Shown piece after piece: positions 1-12,621 of a stretch of DNA of 64,000 bases. The notes beneath the pieces are model-generated. The model saw nothing but the letters and a program-made list of their open reading frames with translations. It made no database searches and was not told where the DNA came from. Origin of the DNA: Octopus vulgaris (taxonomy: Eukaryota); assembly GCA_951406725.2 (NCBI GenBank), contig OX597819.1, positions 53,754,001-53,818,000 on the forward strand, read 5' to 3'. The position numbers and the translations under genes were made by a program. Position 1 is the first letter of the stretch. Each line of letters opens with the position of its first letter.

Positions 1-66
1 CGGTGATCACAGTGATATATATATATATATATGTACATATATATATATATATGTACATATATATAT

Positions 67-422
67 ACTCTTTACTCATTTGACTGCGGCCATGCTGGAG
101 CACCGCCTTTAATCGAGCAACTCGACCCCGGGACTTATTCTTTTGTAAGCCCAGTACTTATGCTATCGGTCTCTTTTGCCGAACTGCTAAGTAACGGGGA
201 CATAAACACACCAGCATCGGTTGTCAAGCAATGCTAGGAGGACAAACACAGACACACAAACACACACACGCATATATATATATATATATACATATATACA
301 TATATACGACAGGCTTCTTTTCAGTTTCCGTCTACCAAATCCACTCACAAGGTGCCACGCAGTGGGACTGAACCCGGAACCATGTGATTGGTAAACAAGC
401 TACTTACCACACAGCCACTCCT
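67..422 (-). mobile_element. tRNA-derived SINE family A (CORE-like), internally deleted copy
   Basis: Minus strand begins aggagtggctgtgtggtaag (A-box-like) ... gggttcagtccc (B-box-like). The same body recurs more than 12 times in the window with an internal (CA)/(TA) tract. This copy lacks the gctttggtcggccc...gcccaa segment. Confidence 0.9.
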
Positions 423-433
423 ATATATATATA

Positions 434-477
<44 letters not shown>

Positions 478-792
478 AATATACCCTCGCTATACGCATA
501 TATATGTGTATATACCTGCACACCCATGTGATTACACATGAATACATACACAGAAAATGTAGGGGTGTGTCTACCGTACATATATTTGTATTTTTGTGTG
601 CGTCTGTATGTATGTGTGTACATATGTGTGCTTGTGTGAGTGCGTATGTGTATATATACCAGTGCGTGTGTGTGTTTTCATTACATTTATGTAATCTTAT
701 GTTGTTTTCCGTCTGTATTTAAAAATGTTGGTAGTCGGTTGTCAATTTAACAAGTACTAGTAGTGGTGGTGGTGGTGGCGGTGGTAGTAGTA

Positions 793-801
793 GTGATAAT
801 G

Positions 802-840
<39 letters not shown>

Positions 841-851
841 TTAATATCAAT

Positions 852-907
<56 letters not shown>

Positions 908-966
908 TAAAAATAATAATAACGATTACAATAACAATGATAATAATAATAATAATAACAACAATG

Positions 967-1027
<61 letters not shown>

Positions 1028-1086
1028 TAATAATAAATGATGATAATAATAATAATAAAAGCAACAACAACAACAATAACAACAAC

Positions 1087-1133
<47 letters not shown>

Positions 1134-1165
1134 TGATGATGATAATAAATATAACAATAGTAATA
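793..1165. repeat. Long compound (AAT)n/(AAC)n/(GAT)n microsatellite
   Basis: Directly visible; source of the poly-I/N/L/Y ORFs. Confidence 0.97.
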
Positions 1166-1542
1166 AAAGGCTCGCAAATCCATGATTGTGCTATATACGT
1201 CTCCCCCTTTAAACATATGCATCAAATGTACTTTACTAATACATTGAATACTGGTGTGCAAATGCCTGGTCGCGTGCACGTAACATGGCAATTTACTTAG
1301 ACGCGTGCGCATTTTCTTTACAGGTCGAGCTTGGAACAAATAGAAACGTGTTATCGATCGTAAAAAAGCAAACGTGTATAGCCGTAGTAACATGTTTTGG
1401 AGAGGATGTGTGTGTAAGTAAGTGGTGCCGCTATGCTTCTGTGTCTACATGCTTTAAATGGCGCTTCTGGGACTGTCGTTGACTGGTGTTGAAAAGATTT
1501 ATATGGTTTACAAAAATAAAAAGTAAAAATAGTAACAAAATT

Positions 1543-1653
1543 GCTTCTGTACATCCATCTCAGAATGACTACTATTGCCAGTCATATGAAGGTAGTATGC
1601 TTTCAAACGGACAGCAATGTTAATAACATGTATCGGTCCCCAACATTAACACC
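1543..1653 (+). mobile_element. 3' end of an (AAT)n-tailed repeat family (second copy at 3153-3260, minus strand)
   Basis: catatgaaggtagta...aaacggaca...atgtatcggtc..caacat..acc followed by aataataat is present in both copies, each ending in (AAT)n on its own strand. Confidence 0.7.
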
Positions 1654-1668
1654 AATAATAATAAAAAT

Positions 1669-1799
1669 GGTTTCAAATTTTGGCACAAGGCCAGCAACTT
1701 TGGGGGAGGGAGTAAGTTGATTACATCGACTCTATTACTTAACTGGTACCGATTTTATCGACTCCGAAAGGATGAAAGGTAAAGTCGACCTCGGCAGAA
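1669..1799 (-). mobile_element. SINE family B, 3' half
   Basis: Reverse complement of gaggtcgactttacctttcatcctttcggagtcgataaaat...ggccttgtgccaaaatttgaaacc. Confidence 0.85.
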
Positions 1800-1823
1800 C
1801 TAATAATAATAATAATAATAATA

Positions 1824-1865
<42 letters not shown>

Positions 1866-1868
1866 CTA

Positions 1869-1921
1869 ATATTTTTACCCCAGTGTCACTCACTTTGATG
1901 GCATGCACTGCTCTCTCACTC
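1869..1921 (+). mobile_element. Family C, extreme 3'-end fragment in (GAT/AAT)n
   Basis: ttttaccccagtgtcac...tttgatggcatgcactgctctctcactc followed by aat repeats; matches the 3' end of the longer copies. Confidence 0.85.
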
Positions 1922-1925
1922 AATG

Positions 1926-1991
<66 letters not shown>

Positions 1992-2009
1992 GATGATAAT
2001 AATAATATT

Positions 2010-2304
2010 AATACAAAGACCTGGAAATAGAGGTAACTCGAATGTGGAATCTAAAAACAGAAACAATTCCTGTCATTAGGTGTGATAAAAAAATATTGAA
2101 ACAAATACATAACAAAAATACCAGGACTTACAAATATATATAACATACAGAAAATTGCACTACTGGGCACTGCACACATCCTACGCAAAACACTTTCAAT
2201 ACAGTAACCATCAGAGCATCACAACAAATCACAGCACATACCCAAGGCACACAGAGCTGCAATCGGTAGTGAAGTGAAAGCACGCTATAAAAATAAAACT
2301 ACTG
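2010..2304 (+). mobile_element. R4/Dong-like non-LTR retrotransposon 3' end (RLE C-terminus plus 3' UTR)
   Basis: Translates, with small indels, YKDLEIEVTRMWNLKTETIPVI...KYITKIPGLTNIYNIQKIALLGTAHILRKTLSIQ* (stop at 2205-2207); flanked by AAT repeats. Confidence 0.85.
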
Positions 2305-2319
2305 GATAATGATAATTAA

Positions 2320-2813
2320 GAAGTGTTATCATGTAAATTGTTTTGTCTTGGTATAAAAGATGAGCTACAGCAAATATTCTGCTCAATACCACAGATTTAC
2401 TTGTCAGTTATTTGATCGTAACCAGTTGAGCATATCCCTTAGTGGCTCACGATATGTCCATCTCTGATCACGAGCAGAAGTAGTGGGGAGCATTATAGTC
2501 ATGTGTTGAGAGAAATTCTTTGATGTTTGGATAATTCACCTACGGAAACATGGGTGTTTCGTTCAACATCCTTAAACAATCCTTATTCAGGGACCTTTTA
2601 AGCTGGATGTGCTACTCGGCCTGAAGAAAATTCTAACTGGGCCCTCCCTGCAAGGTCATGTGCTGTTTATCTTGATATGAGATTACCATATCACGCACAA
2701 ATAGTTGTGATATATGTGCCTAGTGTACCCTTATCAGACGGGTGGTATAATGGGTATACTGGACTTCGTATATTTTACCCCAGTGTTACTTTGATGGCAT
2801 GTACCGTTCTCTC
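2320..2813 (+). mobile_element. Family C non-coding retro-element, near full length
   Basis: Collinear with the reverse complement of 51587-52100; ends ctctc followed by (AAT)n. Confidence 0.85.
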
Positions 2814-2814
2814 A

Positions 2815-2889
<75 letters not shown>

Positions 2890-3087
2890 TTTGGCATAAG
2901 GCCAGATATTTCAGGAGAGGGGATAAGTCGATTTCATCGACCCCAGCGCTCAACTGGAACTTATCGACCCCGAAGGGATGAAAAGTAAAGTCGACCTCGA
3001 CGGCATTTGAACTCAGAACGTCAAGACGGACGAAATGCCACTAAGCATTTTCGTCAGTGCGCTAACGATTTTGCCAGCTCGCCGCCT
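2890..3087 (-). mobile_element. SINE family B (tRNA head plus Meta/Sauria-like central domain)
   Basis: Minus strand reads ggcggcgagctggcaaaatcgttagc (A box) ... gagttcaaat (B box) ... ttttcatcccttcggggtcgataa. Confidence 0.85.
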
Positions 3088-3279
3088 CAATATTAATAAT
3101 GATGATGAGGATGATAATGATGATGATGATGATGAGGATAATTATTATTATTGGTCTTATGTTGGCGACCGATACATCTATTAACATTGGTGTCCGTTTA
3201 AAAGCCTACTACCTTCATATGGCCAGTAATATTAGTCATTTCGAGGTAGACGTACAAAGCATTTTTTTTTTCATTTTTA

Positions 3280-3848
3280 CTTGTACAAACATGAACCAGA
3301 GGGCGTCACTGAAAACAATGGATATAAGATCCTGTGGGATTTTACAACCCAATGTGACTCCCTAATCAATGCTCGGAGACCAGACATTGTTGTAGTGGAT
3401 GAAAGAAAAAAAAAAAAAGAAACCAAGATCATAGATATTGCCATACCGGGGGATGCACTCTTAGATGACTAAGAGCTGGAAAAGATAGAGAAATACAGAC
3501 TACTAACTGATGAAATTGCAAGTTGTAGAGGCACTTGGATCACTAACAACCTGGTTCGAGAAATATGTCAGAGGAATTGGAATTAACATGAGGGCAGAGC
3601 AGGTTAAAAAAACTGCTCTATTGGGGACAGCTAGGATTTTGAGATTGGTGCTTGCAGCTCTGTGTGCCTTGGGTATGTGCTGTGATTTGTTGTGATGCTC
3701 TGATTGAGTGTTTTCCGCGATAAATTAACACCCAGGTACCAAAGCTTATAATCTGTGGAAAGAGACCCTGTGAACCTCAGACAACAGGTTGCTGTCCGCT
3801 CTCATAAAAATCAGCCAGAGCAAGTAAGACCGAAAACTCTGTGAAGTA
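3280..3848 (+). mobile_element. R4/Dong-like retrotransposon RLE domain remnant plus 3' UTR
   Basis: YKHEPEGVTENNGYKILWDFTTQCDSLINARRPDIVVVD...IIDIAIPGD*ELEKIEKY...ALGSL...KTALLGTARILRLVL is the PD-(D/E)xK restriction-like endonuclease signature; contains stops and frameshifts; ends in (AAT)n. Confidence 0.9.
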
Positions 3849-3849
3849 A

Positions 3850-3905
<56 letters not shown>

Positions 3906-3942
3906 GTAGTAGTAGTAGTAGTAGTAAATAATAATAATAATA

Positions 3943-4139
3943 GGTTTCAAATTTTGGCACAAGTCCAGCAGTTTCAGGGAGGGGATAAGTCGATTACATC
4001 AACTGGTGCTTATTTGATCGATCCCGAAGAGATGAAAGGTGAAGTCGACTTTGGAGGAATTTGAACCCAGACGTAAAGACGGACGAGATGCCGCTATCCA
4101 TTTTACCCGGCCTGCTAACGATTCTGCCAGCTCGTCGCC

Positions 4140-4195
<56 letters not shown>

Positions 4196-4508
4196 CCTTT
4201 CAAATATAGGCACAAGGCTTGAAATTTTTGGGGAAGGGATTAGTTGATTACATCGACCCCAGTACTCAACTGGTACTTATTTAATCGATCCCGAAAGGAT
4301 GAAAGGCAAAGTCGACCTCGGCGAAATTTGAACTCAGAATGTAGCGACAGACGAAATACCGCTAAGTATATCGTCCAGTGTGCTAATGATTCTGCCAGTC
4401 GACTTCGGCGGAATTTGAACTCAGAACATAAACACAGATGATATAACGCTGAGCATTTTGTCCGCCGTGCTAACAACTCTGCCAGCTCGCCACCTTGATA
4501 TTATTATT

Positions 4509-4594
<86 letters not shown>

Positions 4595-4751
4595 CCTTTC
4601 TACTATAGACACAAGCTCTGAAATTTGGGGGAGGGGATAATCGATTACATCAGCCAAGTACGTAACTGGTACTTAATTTATTGACCCCGAAAGAATGAAA
4701 GGCAAAGTCGACCTCGGTAGAATCTGAACTCAGGACGTAGCGACGGGTTAA

Positions 4752-4808
<57 letters not shown>

Positions 4809-5021
4809 TTAATTATAATGATGATAATAATTCTTTCTAGTATAGGCATAAGGCCTGAAATTTGTGGGATTACTTCGACCACAGTACTCAACTGGTACTT
4901 ATTTTATCGACCCCGATAGGATAAAAGATAAAGTCGACCTCAGCGGAATTTGAACTCTGAACGGGTGAAATACCGCTAAGCATTTCGTCCAGCGTGTCAA
5001 CAATTCTGTCAGCTCGTCGCC

Positions 5022-5060
<39 letters not shown>

Positions 5061-5459
5061 CCTTTATACTGGAGGCACAAGGCCTCATGTTTGTGAGGAG
5101 GGGACTGGTCGATTTCATCGACCCCAGTGTTTTACTGGTACTTAATTTATCGACCACCGAAAGAATAAAAGGCATAGCCGAGCTCAGCGGAGTTTGAACT
5201 CAGAACATAAATACAGACGAAATACCTATTTCTTTACTACTCATTAGGGGCTAAACGTAGAGGGGACAAACAAAGACAGACAAACGGATTAAGACGATTA
5301 CATCGACCCCAGTGCGTAACTGGTACTTAATTTATCGACCCCGAAAGGATGAAAGGCAAAGCCGACCTCGGCGGAATTTGAACTCAGAACGTAACGGCAG
5401 ACGAAATACGGCTACGCATTTCGCCCGGCGTGCTAACATTTCTGCTAGCTCGCCGCCTT
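3943..5459 (-). mobile_element. Head-to-tail chain of about 6 SINE B copies separated by (AAT)n/(AGT)n
   Basis: Copies at about 3943-4141, 4195-4496, 4594-4752, 4830-5023 and a dimer at 5060-5459, all on the minus strand. Confidence 0.9.
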
Positions 5460-5782
5460 AATAATTATGATGATGATGATGATGATGATGATATCATTAT
5501 GAGCACCAAGTTATTATCTGCATGACTGTCGCCATCGTCAACTTTGTCAGTATCAGTATTCATACACACACATACACACAAACGCACGCACACACACACA
5601 CGCGCGCGCGCGCACGCACATGCACACGCTCGCACACATATAATACGTTCGCATGCACACACGCACACACACACACACACACATACATACATAGAAATAC
5701 ATACCCCCACACACAAATACAGGCACGTTTTATAGATATTATTTGAGACCAGCATTGTGGTATCATTCCTACGTATTTTAAT

Positions 5783-5871
5783 AAGAGAGAGAGAGAGAGG
5801 GTGGAGGAGAGAGAGAAAGAGAGAGAGAGAGAAAAAAAGAGAGAGAGAGAAAAAGAGAGAGAGAGAGAAAA

Positions 5872-5966
<95 letters not shown>
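5783..5966. repeat. (GA)n microsatellite
   Basis: Directly visible. Confidence 0.97.
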
Positions 5967-5969
<3 letters not shown>

Positions 5970-6524
5970 GGTGTGCATATGAAGCAGGATATGAAATTGA
6001 AGACTACACGCAACTAAACAAGATCCAACATGTTTTCACTTCAGATGTTGGCCATTTCTACATGTTGTCAACCAATCATCGAACGGATCAGACTGGTTGT
6101 TGTTATCTGGCTTGTTCGTTTACTTGGCCAGTCAATAAAACAGGTCAACGTTTGTTGCTGTTTTTCTTCTTTTTTGTTTTTGTTTTTGCTTCTAATATTT
6201 ATTAATTTATGATACCGTTCCAATTTGCTTAAACATTTTAAAACTTCTCTATCACTTAGATGTCTTGTGTGTATACTACTGCCCCGAACAACATGCACTA
6301 CCTCGCCAACTCACCTATTCTCCAGTGTCCAATGATGGCGGAATCTGGTGGAATAGACATGAAAAGCGTTCGATGTTATTGCAATTTTTATAATATAAAT
6401 GTATAAATTGTAAGATATGTATGCAAATGTCACTGCTTTGTTAATTGTGGACGCAAGCCTGGTACTCAGATACATTCTTAAAAAGTAAATCCTCGTAAGT
6501 GTATGTGAATATAATATATACACT

Positions 6525-7332
6525 GGATCTTTTCGGTTTGAACGGCAGTTTTTTCTAGTGATGTCATATGAAATTGTCACCCATAATTATGACCCTAGTA
6601 TCGATCTATTGCATTTCAATCTGTTTTAGAGTTAGGGTTAGTTAGGGTTAGGGTTTGGGGTGGGGGGAAGGGTGTCTTTTTTTCTTCACAAATGTAAATA
6701 AACCCAATCTGTTTCTTAAACGAGGGACATATTCATACGGCACAGAATGTTTTCACCTCAATAGACGTCCATTGATTGGTTGAAATTGCAGAAATTGAAG
6801 AAAAAAAACCAAACAAATATCTTACAAACAATAGAATTTTCTCAATAAAGCCAAGAGAAAAAGATGTTTTATAAACACACTAGCAGTATCGCCCGGCGTT
6901 GCTCGGGTTTGTAAGGGAAATAACTATAAAGCATTTTTAGAGAGTTATAGCCAAAAAATGGAAAAAAAATTATGGTAAATTTTTTTTAGTTAAAAAGGTC
7001 GAGTTGCGTCCCCTAGACAGTCTGTGGTTTGTGTTTCTGATTCTCGACCCCATGTCGAATTTATCGATTTTTTTCAGAACTGGGGGAACTTTTCAAAATT
7101 TTCGCTGCGTTAGTTTTGAATTATGACATTGGGCTATGTGTGTGTTAAGTTTCATCAGAATCGGTTGAAAGCCGTGGTCAGGGTGAGGGTACAACCTAAC
7201 AGACACACAGAAACACACACAGACAAACTGCCGTTTATATATAGAGAGATTCTACCAGTATACGAAGTTTAAAAATGGTTTAGTTACGTGGAAATTATTA
7301 AAAAAAAACTGCCGTTCAAACCAAAAAGATCC
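6525..7332. mobile_element. Non-autonomous TIR DNA transposon (MITE) with GG termini and 8-bp TSD, Merlin-like
   Basis: About 30-bp TIR: ggatcttttcggtttgaacggcagtttttt / aaaaaactgccgttcaaaccaaaaagatcc. TSD tatacact at 6517-6524 and 7333-7340. Internal TTAGGG-like run. Superfamily is inferred from termini and TSD length only. Confidence 0.85.
6880..7249 (-). mobile_element. Non-autonomous Helitron nested in the MITE
   Basis: Minus strand starts A|TCTCTCTATATATAAA and ends with hairpin cccgagcaacgccggg then CTAG|T. No TSD; removing it restores ataaacaca|ttctacc. Confidence 0.85.
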
Positions 7333-7352
7333 TATACACTTTAATATATAGA

Positions 7353-7641
7353 AGCGCTTGTCTTAGCGGTTACTATATTCAGCTCGCAATCGTAAGGTCC
7401 TGAGTTCGATTTCCGGCTGCGCGTTGTGTATATGAGCAAGACACATTTTTTCACGTTGTTCCAGACCACTCAGCTGGCAACAATGAGTGGTACCTGTAAT
7501 TCAAAGGGCCAGCCTTGTCACATTATGTGTCACGCTGAATCTTCCTTAAAACTACGTTATGGGTATGCGTTAATTTCACGAGCAGGCTGTTGCGTTGATC
7601 GGGTCAATTGGAACACTCGTCATCGTAACCGACTGAGAGCC
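7353..7641 (+). mobile_element. tRNA-derived SINE, head type 1 (CORE-like) plus tail X
   Basis: gagttcgatttcc B box; gagcaagacac...ttcacgttgttccagaccactcagctgg; tail shared with the copies at 24155 and 42360. Confidence 0.75.
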
Positions 7642-7872
7642 AGTTAATATATAAAATGTGTATTAAAATGTGTCTTTTACTTGTTTCACTTATTGGAAAA
7701 CGGCCATACTGCAGCACTGCCTTGTAGGGTTTAGTTGAACAAATCGATCCCAGTACATACTTTAAGTCTGGCATTTATTCTATCGGTCGCCTTGGCCGAA
7801 CTGCTAGATGACGGGGTCGTAAACAGACCAGCACCAGTTATCAAACTGAAGTGGGAGACAAACACAGCACAG

Positions 7873-7943
<71 letters not shown>

Positions 7944-8396
7944 TACACACGCACCCGTACACATATCGAATTAGCTACTCTTCGCGATGTCTGAACTTCC
8001 TACGCAAAGTTAAACAGAGTTATCTTCTCACGTTGTCGGATAGAAACGTTATGTTAAACTCTATGATCAAGTTGTATAACTCTGCATTTTACAATGCACA
8101 TAATTTGACATGCTTTGTTTTTGTTTTTTTAAAAAAACTAAGTGTACTTGGAGCACATTGACTATATATATATATATATATATATAATTATAAATGAGGG
8201 TGAAAAATCGATATTAATTTAATAATACCATTAATTTAACACCAAGTGGCTTAGCACAAAAAACTACGGAGAAAATACAAATTTATACATAAACTCTCTA
8301 ATAATTTATATATATATATATATATATAAATTTATCTTTTCGTAATGAAGTAAAAAACCAAGGTTGTGTAGATTTTAGAACATTTATAGATAGAAG

Positions 8397-8444
8397 GTCT
8401 TACAGCTGTTTCCAGGATATTTGTTATATCCCTTCATCAGAGAC
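8397..8444 (-). ncRNA. Minimal type I hammerhead ribozyme motif (PLE-type)
   Basis: Minus strand: gtct CTGATGA agggatat aacaa atatcctg GAAAC agct GTA agac. Stem I gtct/agac, 7-bp stem II, palindromic stem III ACAGCTGT. Confidence 0.85.
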
Positions 8445-8672
8445 GGCGTGAGAGGATGGTTAACCATATACTTTTACAAGGAAAAAGTTGACTCTGATTT
8501 CGAAGTTTTGGCTGCTCGTCATCACGAGTCTGATAAAGAGAAATCCCTGTAGGAGTTGATAAATATTTACCTCACTCCAAGTATTGTGTATTCCTTCAAT
8601 TTACTGTTAATCGTTTTGTATTTATAACTTGACACAAAATCATTAATAAATATATACATACACTAACACCCG

Positions 8673-8715
<43 letters not shown>

Positions 8716-8717
<2 letters not shown>

Positions 8718-8875
8718 TCACTCACTCACTCACTCACTCACTCACTCACTCATTCACTCACTCTTCACTCACTCACTCACACTCTCACTCTCTCACTCAC
8801 TCACTCACTCATTCACTCACTCTCTCACTCACTCACTCACTCACTCACTCACTCACTCACTCACTCACTCACTCA
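8716..8875. repeat. (CACT)n tetranucleotide microsatellite
   Basis: Directly visible. Confidence 0.95.
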
Positions 8876-9249
8876 CACACACACACTCATACACACGCGC
8901 ACGTGTGCATTGGCATATCTGTATTGACATTTATATTTACTCATTTTGATTTTTCAACGTATCTTTATTGTCAAACTTAGAAAACTCGACTCAGGTATTG
9001 GTCAGATTTACGATTTATGCCAGGAAGGATCGGCAATGTTAACCTATTTGCTACATTTCTATTACATTTTTCTGTGTCCAATCACTCATTCAACTTCGAA
9101 GAATCAACAGTACTGCCATATTGAAAATGATGTAATATTCCATATTATGTCGATATGATGTAGTTATTGATGTAGAATAAAAGTGTTTGTTATGCCATTT
9201 CAGATTTCATCTGAAGGTGGTTCCTCTGCATTCACAAAGTGTATGAAAG

Positions 9250-10389
9250 TGAATTACCCGGCGTTGCCCGGGTTACTGCTGTTCTTATTCAGATTAGTGA
9301 ATAATAAATATGAAGATATATATTTTTTCTCATAATTATTTCAAATATCTATATTTTATTTTAAAATATCTGAATTGTTATGATAAAAGAATTTGAAACT
9401 GAAAAACAGTATTCATTATGTAATATTTTGTTGGTGTCCAAATGAATAAATTGTTGCTGCTTCCAACTCGTGATCAACCAACATAAAGTTGGCCGTGGGA
9501 GAAGCATGTAGTAGAGTGATAAAGTCCAACTACCTTGCAGGATTGGTTAATTGAAATACCAAAACTTAGTTTGACTGGAAACGGAAGACTCTTAAATTCA
9601 AATGGAACATCTGTAGGTATGAGAGGAAATTTTGGAGTAAAGACATTTTCTTCCTTGTGACTACCTGTTATGATTGTGGCCTGTAGGACATGAGGCTTCA
9701 TGGACGTAACAATTAAGCGAGTTCCTTTACACAGGCGAAGTAGGTCAAGATTCCTAAGCAACATAATGGGGACATCCAGGTTTAGTGTCAAGTTATGCGG
9801 TGGCATCCGAGTGGGTTTAAGTGTGTTCAGAAATTCAACAGGTATTGTACAGCTTGATCTTGATCGACTGTTGTGTGAATTGATGGAAAAGTAATTTCTG
9901 ATGTATCTGTTAACTTTTGAAGTTCATGATTGTGTTTATCAACCATTTCATTAGTTGGAGCCGGTATAGCTCTTTCACACAGCCAGTTTACATCGGTGTA
10001 ATTGACAATAACACATACACTCACACACACACTCTCACATACACAGATATACATATACTATGACAGTGGTGCTCTTTACTATGTGGAACGTAACGAACAC
10101 GCAATCATACACACACTGATAGACACACACAATCATATACAAAATGTGAGGGTGTCGCCGTCGTTGTTGTGGTATAAAATGTCCTTTACTACAGATGACT
10201 ATAGACAGATTATTTTTGAGAAAATGTTAAATTGTTTTAATCCAAATGAAAATAATAATTACATTCTGACACTCGCGAAGGTCTAATACTATTATCTTAT
10301 ATAATTTGATTTAATTTAAAGGAGCCGTTTGAGAATGTATAGGGAACAGACTGACAGACTGACAAAAAATTTTATATAGAAAGAGAAGA
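9250..10389 (-). mobile_element. Internally deleted Helitron carrying a PIF1 helicase fragment
   Basis: 5' end A|TCTTCTCTTTCTATATAAAA at 10389; 3' hairpin acccgggcaacgccgggt at 9256-9273; terminal CTAG not preserved. Confidence 0.8.
9430..9985 (-). pseudogene. Helitron RepHel PIF1 helicase C-terminal fragment, frameshifted
   Basis: WLCERAIPAPTNEMVD...EFLN / PPHNLTL..DVPIMLLRNLD..RLCKGTRL...FPVKLSFGISIN...CFSHGQLYVG are classic Helitron PIF1 motifs. Confidence 0.92.
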
Positions 10390-10396
10390 TGAGCCA

Positions 10397-10615
10397 ACGA
10401 AAAGCGGGAAGCTGGCAGAAAACATTAGCATGCCGGCCGAAATGCTTAGCAGCATTTCGCTCGTCTTGTCACGTTCCGAGTTCAAATTCCGCCGGGGCCG
10501 ACTTTGCTTTTCATCCATTCGGGTTCGACAAAATAAGAACCAGTTGAGTACTGGGGTTGATATAATTGATTTACTCGCTCCCCGAAATTTCTGGCCTTGT
10601 GCCAAAATTTGAAAT
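10397..10615 (+). mobile_element. SINE family B
   Basis: agctggcagaaaacattagc...gagttcaaattccgccgg...tttcatccattcggggttcgac...ggccttgtgccaaaatttgaaa. Confidence 0.85.
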
Positions 10616-10700
10616 CAATCATGGGCCAATGAGGGTGCATCCATATAAAAATATATAAAATATATATGTATATATATATGTGTGTGTATATGTATATAAT

Positions 10701-10823
10701 CAGCCGAAATTACTACGATGATCCGGTTCTTGACTGAAGACTGAGGGTTTCGAATGTCCTGTCCGTGTTTATTGTATCGTCTTCTAAGAGTTATACGTTC
10801 TTGTCCATGTTGTATTTTTCTAC

Positions 10824-10830
<7 letters not shown>
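10701..10830 (+). mobile_element. 130-bp insert between AT-rich dinucleotide tracts; identical inverted copy at 55071-55200, diverged copy at 16145-16293
   Basis: cagccgaaattactacgatg...tttttctacatacctt matches the reverse complement of 55071-55200 base for base by eye. Confidence 0.85.
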
Positions 10831-10871
<41 letters not shown>

Positions 10872-10874
10872 CAT

Positions 10875-10943
<69 letters not shown>

Positions 10944-10989
10944 AATATATATATATAGTATGTGTGTGTGTATCTATATAGTATATACA

Positions 10990-11335
10990 CCGCCTTAAGT
11001 CGAACAAATCGACCCGAGGACTTGTTCTTTCTAAGCCTAGTACTTATTCTAACCGTTTCTTTTGCCGAACCGCTAGGTTACAGGGAGGTAAACACACCAG
11101 CATCGATTGTCAAGCAATGGTGGTGGTGGGGCAAACACACACACACACGCACACACACACACATATATATATATATCTACGACGGGCCTCTCTCGGTTTC
11201 CGTTTACCAAATCCACTCACAAGGCTTTGGTTAGCCTGAGGCTATAAGTAGAAGCTACTTGCTCAAAGTGCCAGGCAATGAGACTGAACCCGGAACCATG
11301 TGGTTGGGAAGCAAGCTTCTTACCACGCAGCCACT
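10990..11335 (-). mobile_element. SINE family A
   Basis: Homologous to the other family A copies. Confidence 0.88.
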
Positions 11336-11448
11336 TAAAAAAAAAGACAACTTTCACTGTATAACAGTCTACTATTAAAAGAAAGTACGTGCATGATTAA
11401 GAAATATTTTTTACCGGAAGTGTCACGAGGGATAAAAGCCTAGTATTA

Positions 11449-11491
<43 letters not shown>

Positions 11492-12494
11492 CTTTTATTT
11501 GCTGCCAGGTAGACGGATGGGAGCAATAATGTGTGAATGCGTGTGTTTGCGTATGTATGAAAGGGTTAGAAAGAAGGGGAGTAAGAAAGAAAGGGAGAGA
11601 GAGGGGGAACAGAGAGACAGAGTTTAAATGATACAGAAAGATTTAAGTAGAAATAAAGCTAGCTGTACTAGTCTTCATGAAAACTCAGTATTTTTTTTTC
11701 GCATTAATTCTTTTTCTCTATAGGGGCATTAATTCTAACAAAATCTGACAATGTATTGCTATATTTTGTATACAACTAACAGTCACGCCTTTTTTAGCTT
11801 CTCACCAACTGGGATCTCTTCCAGTTTAACCACAAAACTGTTTATAGTTAATCGAAGAAGTGATCTGCCTCATTTTGCAAGGAGAACATTTGTGCAATCT
11901 GGCAATGTTTAACCTAATGAAGCAGAAAAGGCGGAAACCGCTTTGTTGCTAATGTATGGTGTAACAAAAGCAACGTCCTACCTCAGACCATCGGATTTAT
12001 TATTTGATGAACACTGGACATTCTGTTATCTAGATAGCCACTCGGCAGAAATATATTTCCGGTTTCTTTTTTAAATACTTAGCTCGTGGCGAAAACAAAT
12101 TTTACGATGTAAAAATGTTCTTAAAGGGAAGATATATATTTATAACCAGTTCATTTCGTTCTGAGTTTATGCGCAAGCACATGCAAACAAATCTACTCGC
12201 TGTATTTTATTTCATTTTATTTTATGTGTATATTTTTGCAAGTCTTTTTCATTTATCCCTGTTGACAGGCTAGTAGTGCTTGTTTTATGTTATCCTCTCT
12301 CACTCTCTCTCTCGTTTCTCTCTCTTTTCTTTCACCCCCTCTCACTCTATCTCTTTATCAATATTTCTGTTTATTTCTGTTTGTCTGTTTCTCTGTCTGC
12401 CTGTCTGCTTGTCTGTCTGTCAGTCTCTCTCTTCTCTCTCTTTCTTTATCTGTCTATTTGGCTCTGTCCCTTTCTCACTCAATTTTAATTCTTT

Positions 12495-12553
<59 letters not shown>

Positions 12554-12621
12554 CTTCTATCCTTCTGTCTGCCTTTCTCGTTTCTCTCTCTCTCTCTCTC
12601 CTTTCTTTCATATACTTATAC

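Noticed and set aside
6626-6660. TTAGGG run as a telomere or fusion site
   Set aside because: Short, degenerate and internal to a TSD-flanked MITE.
9474-9806. Host PIF1 gene exon
   Set aside because: Frameshifted, motifs eroded, and enclosed by Helitron termini.
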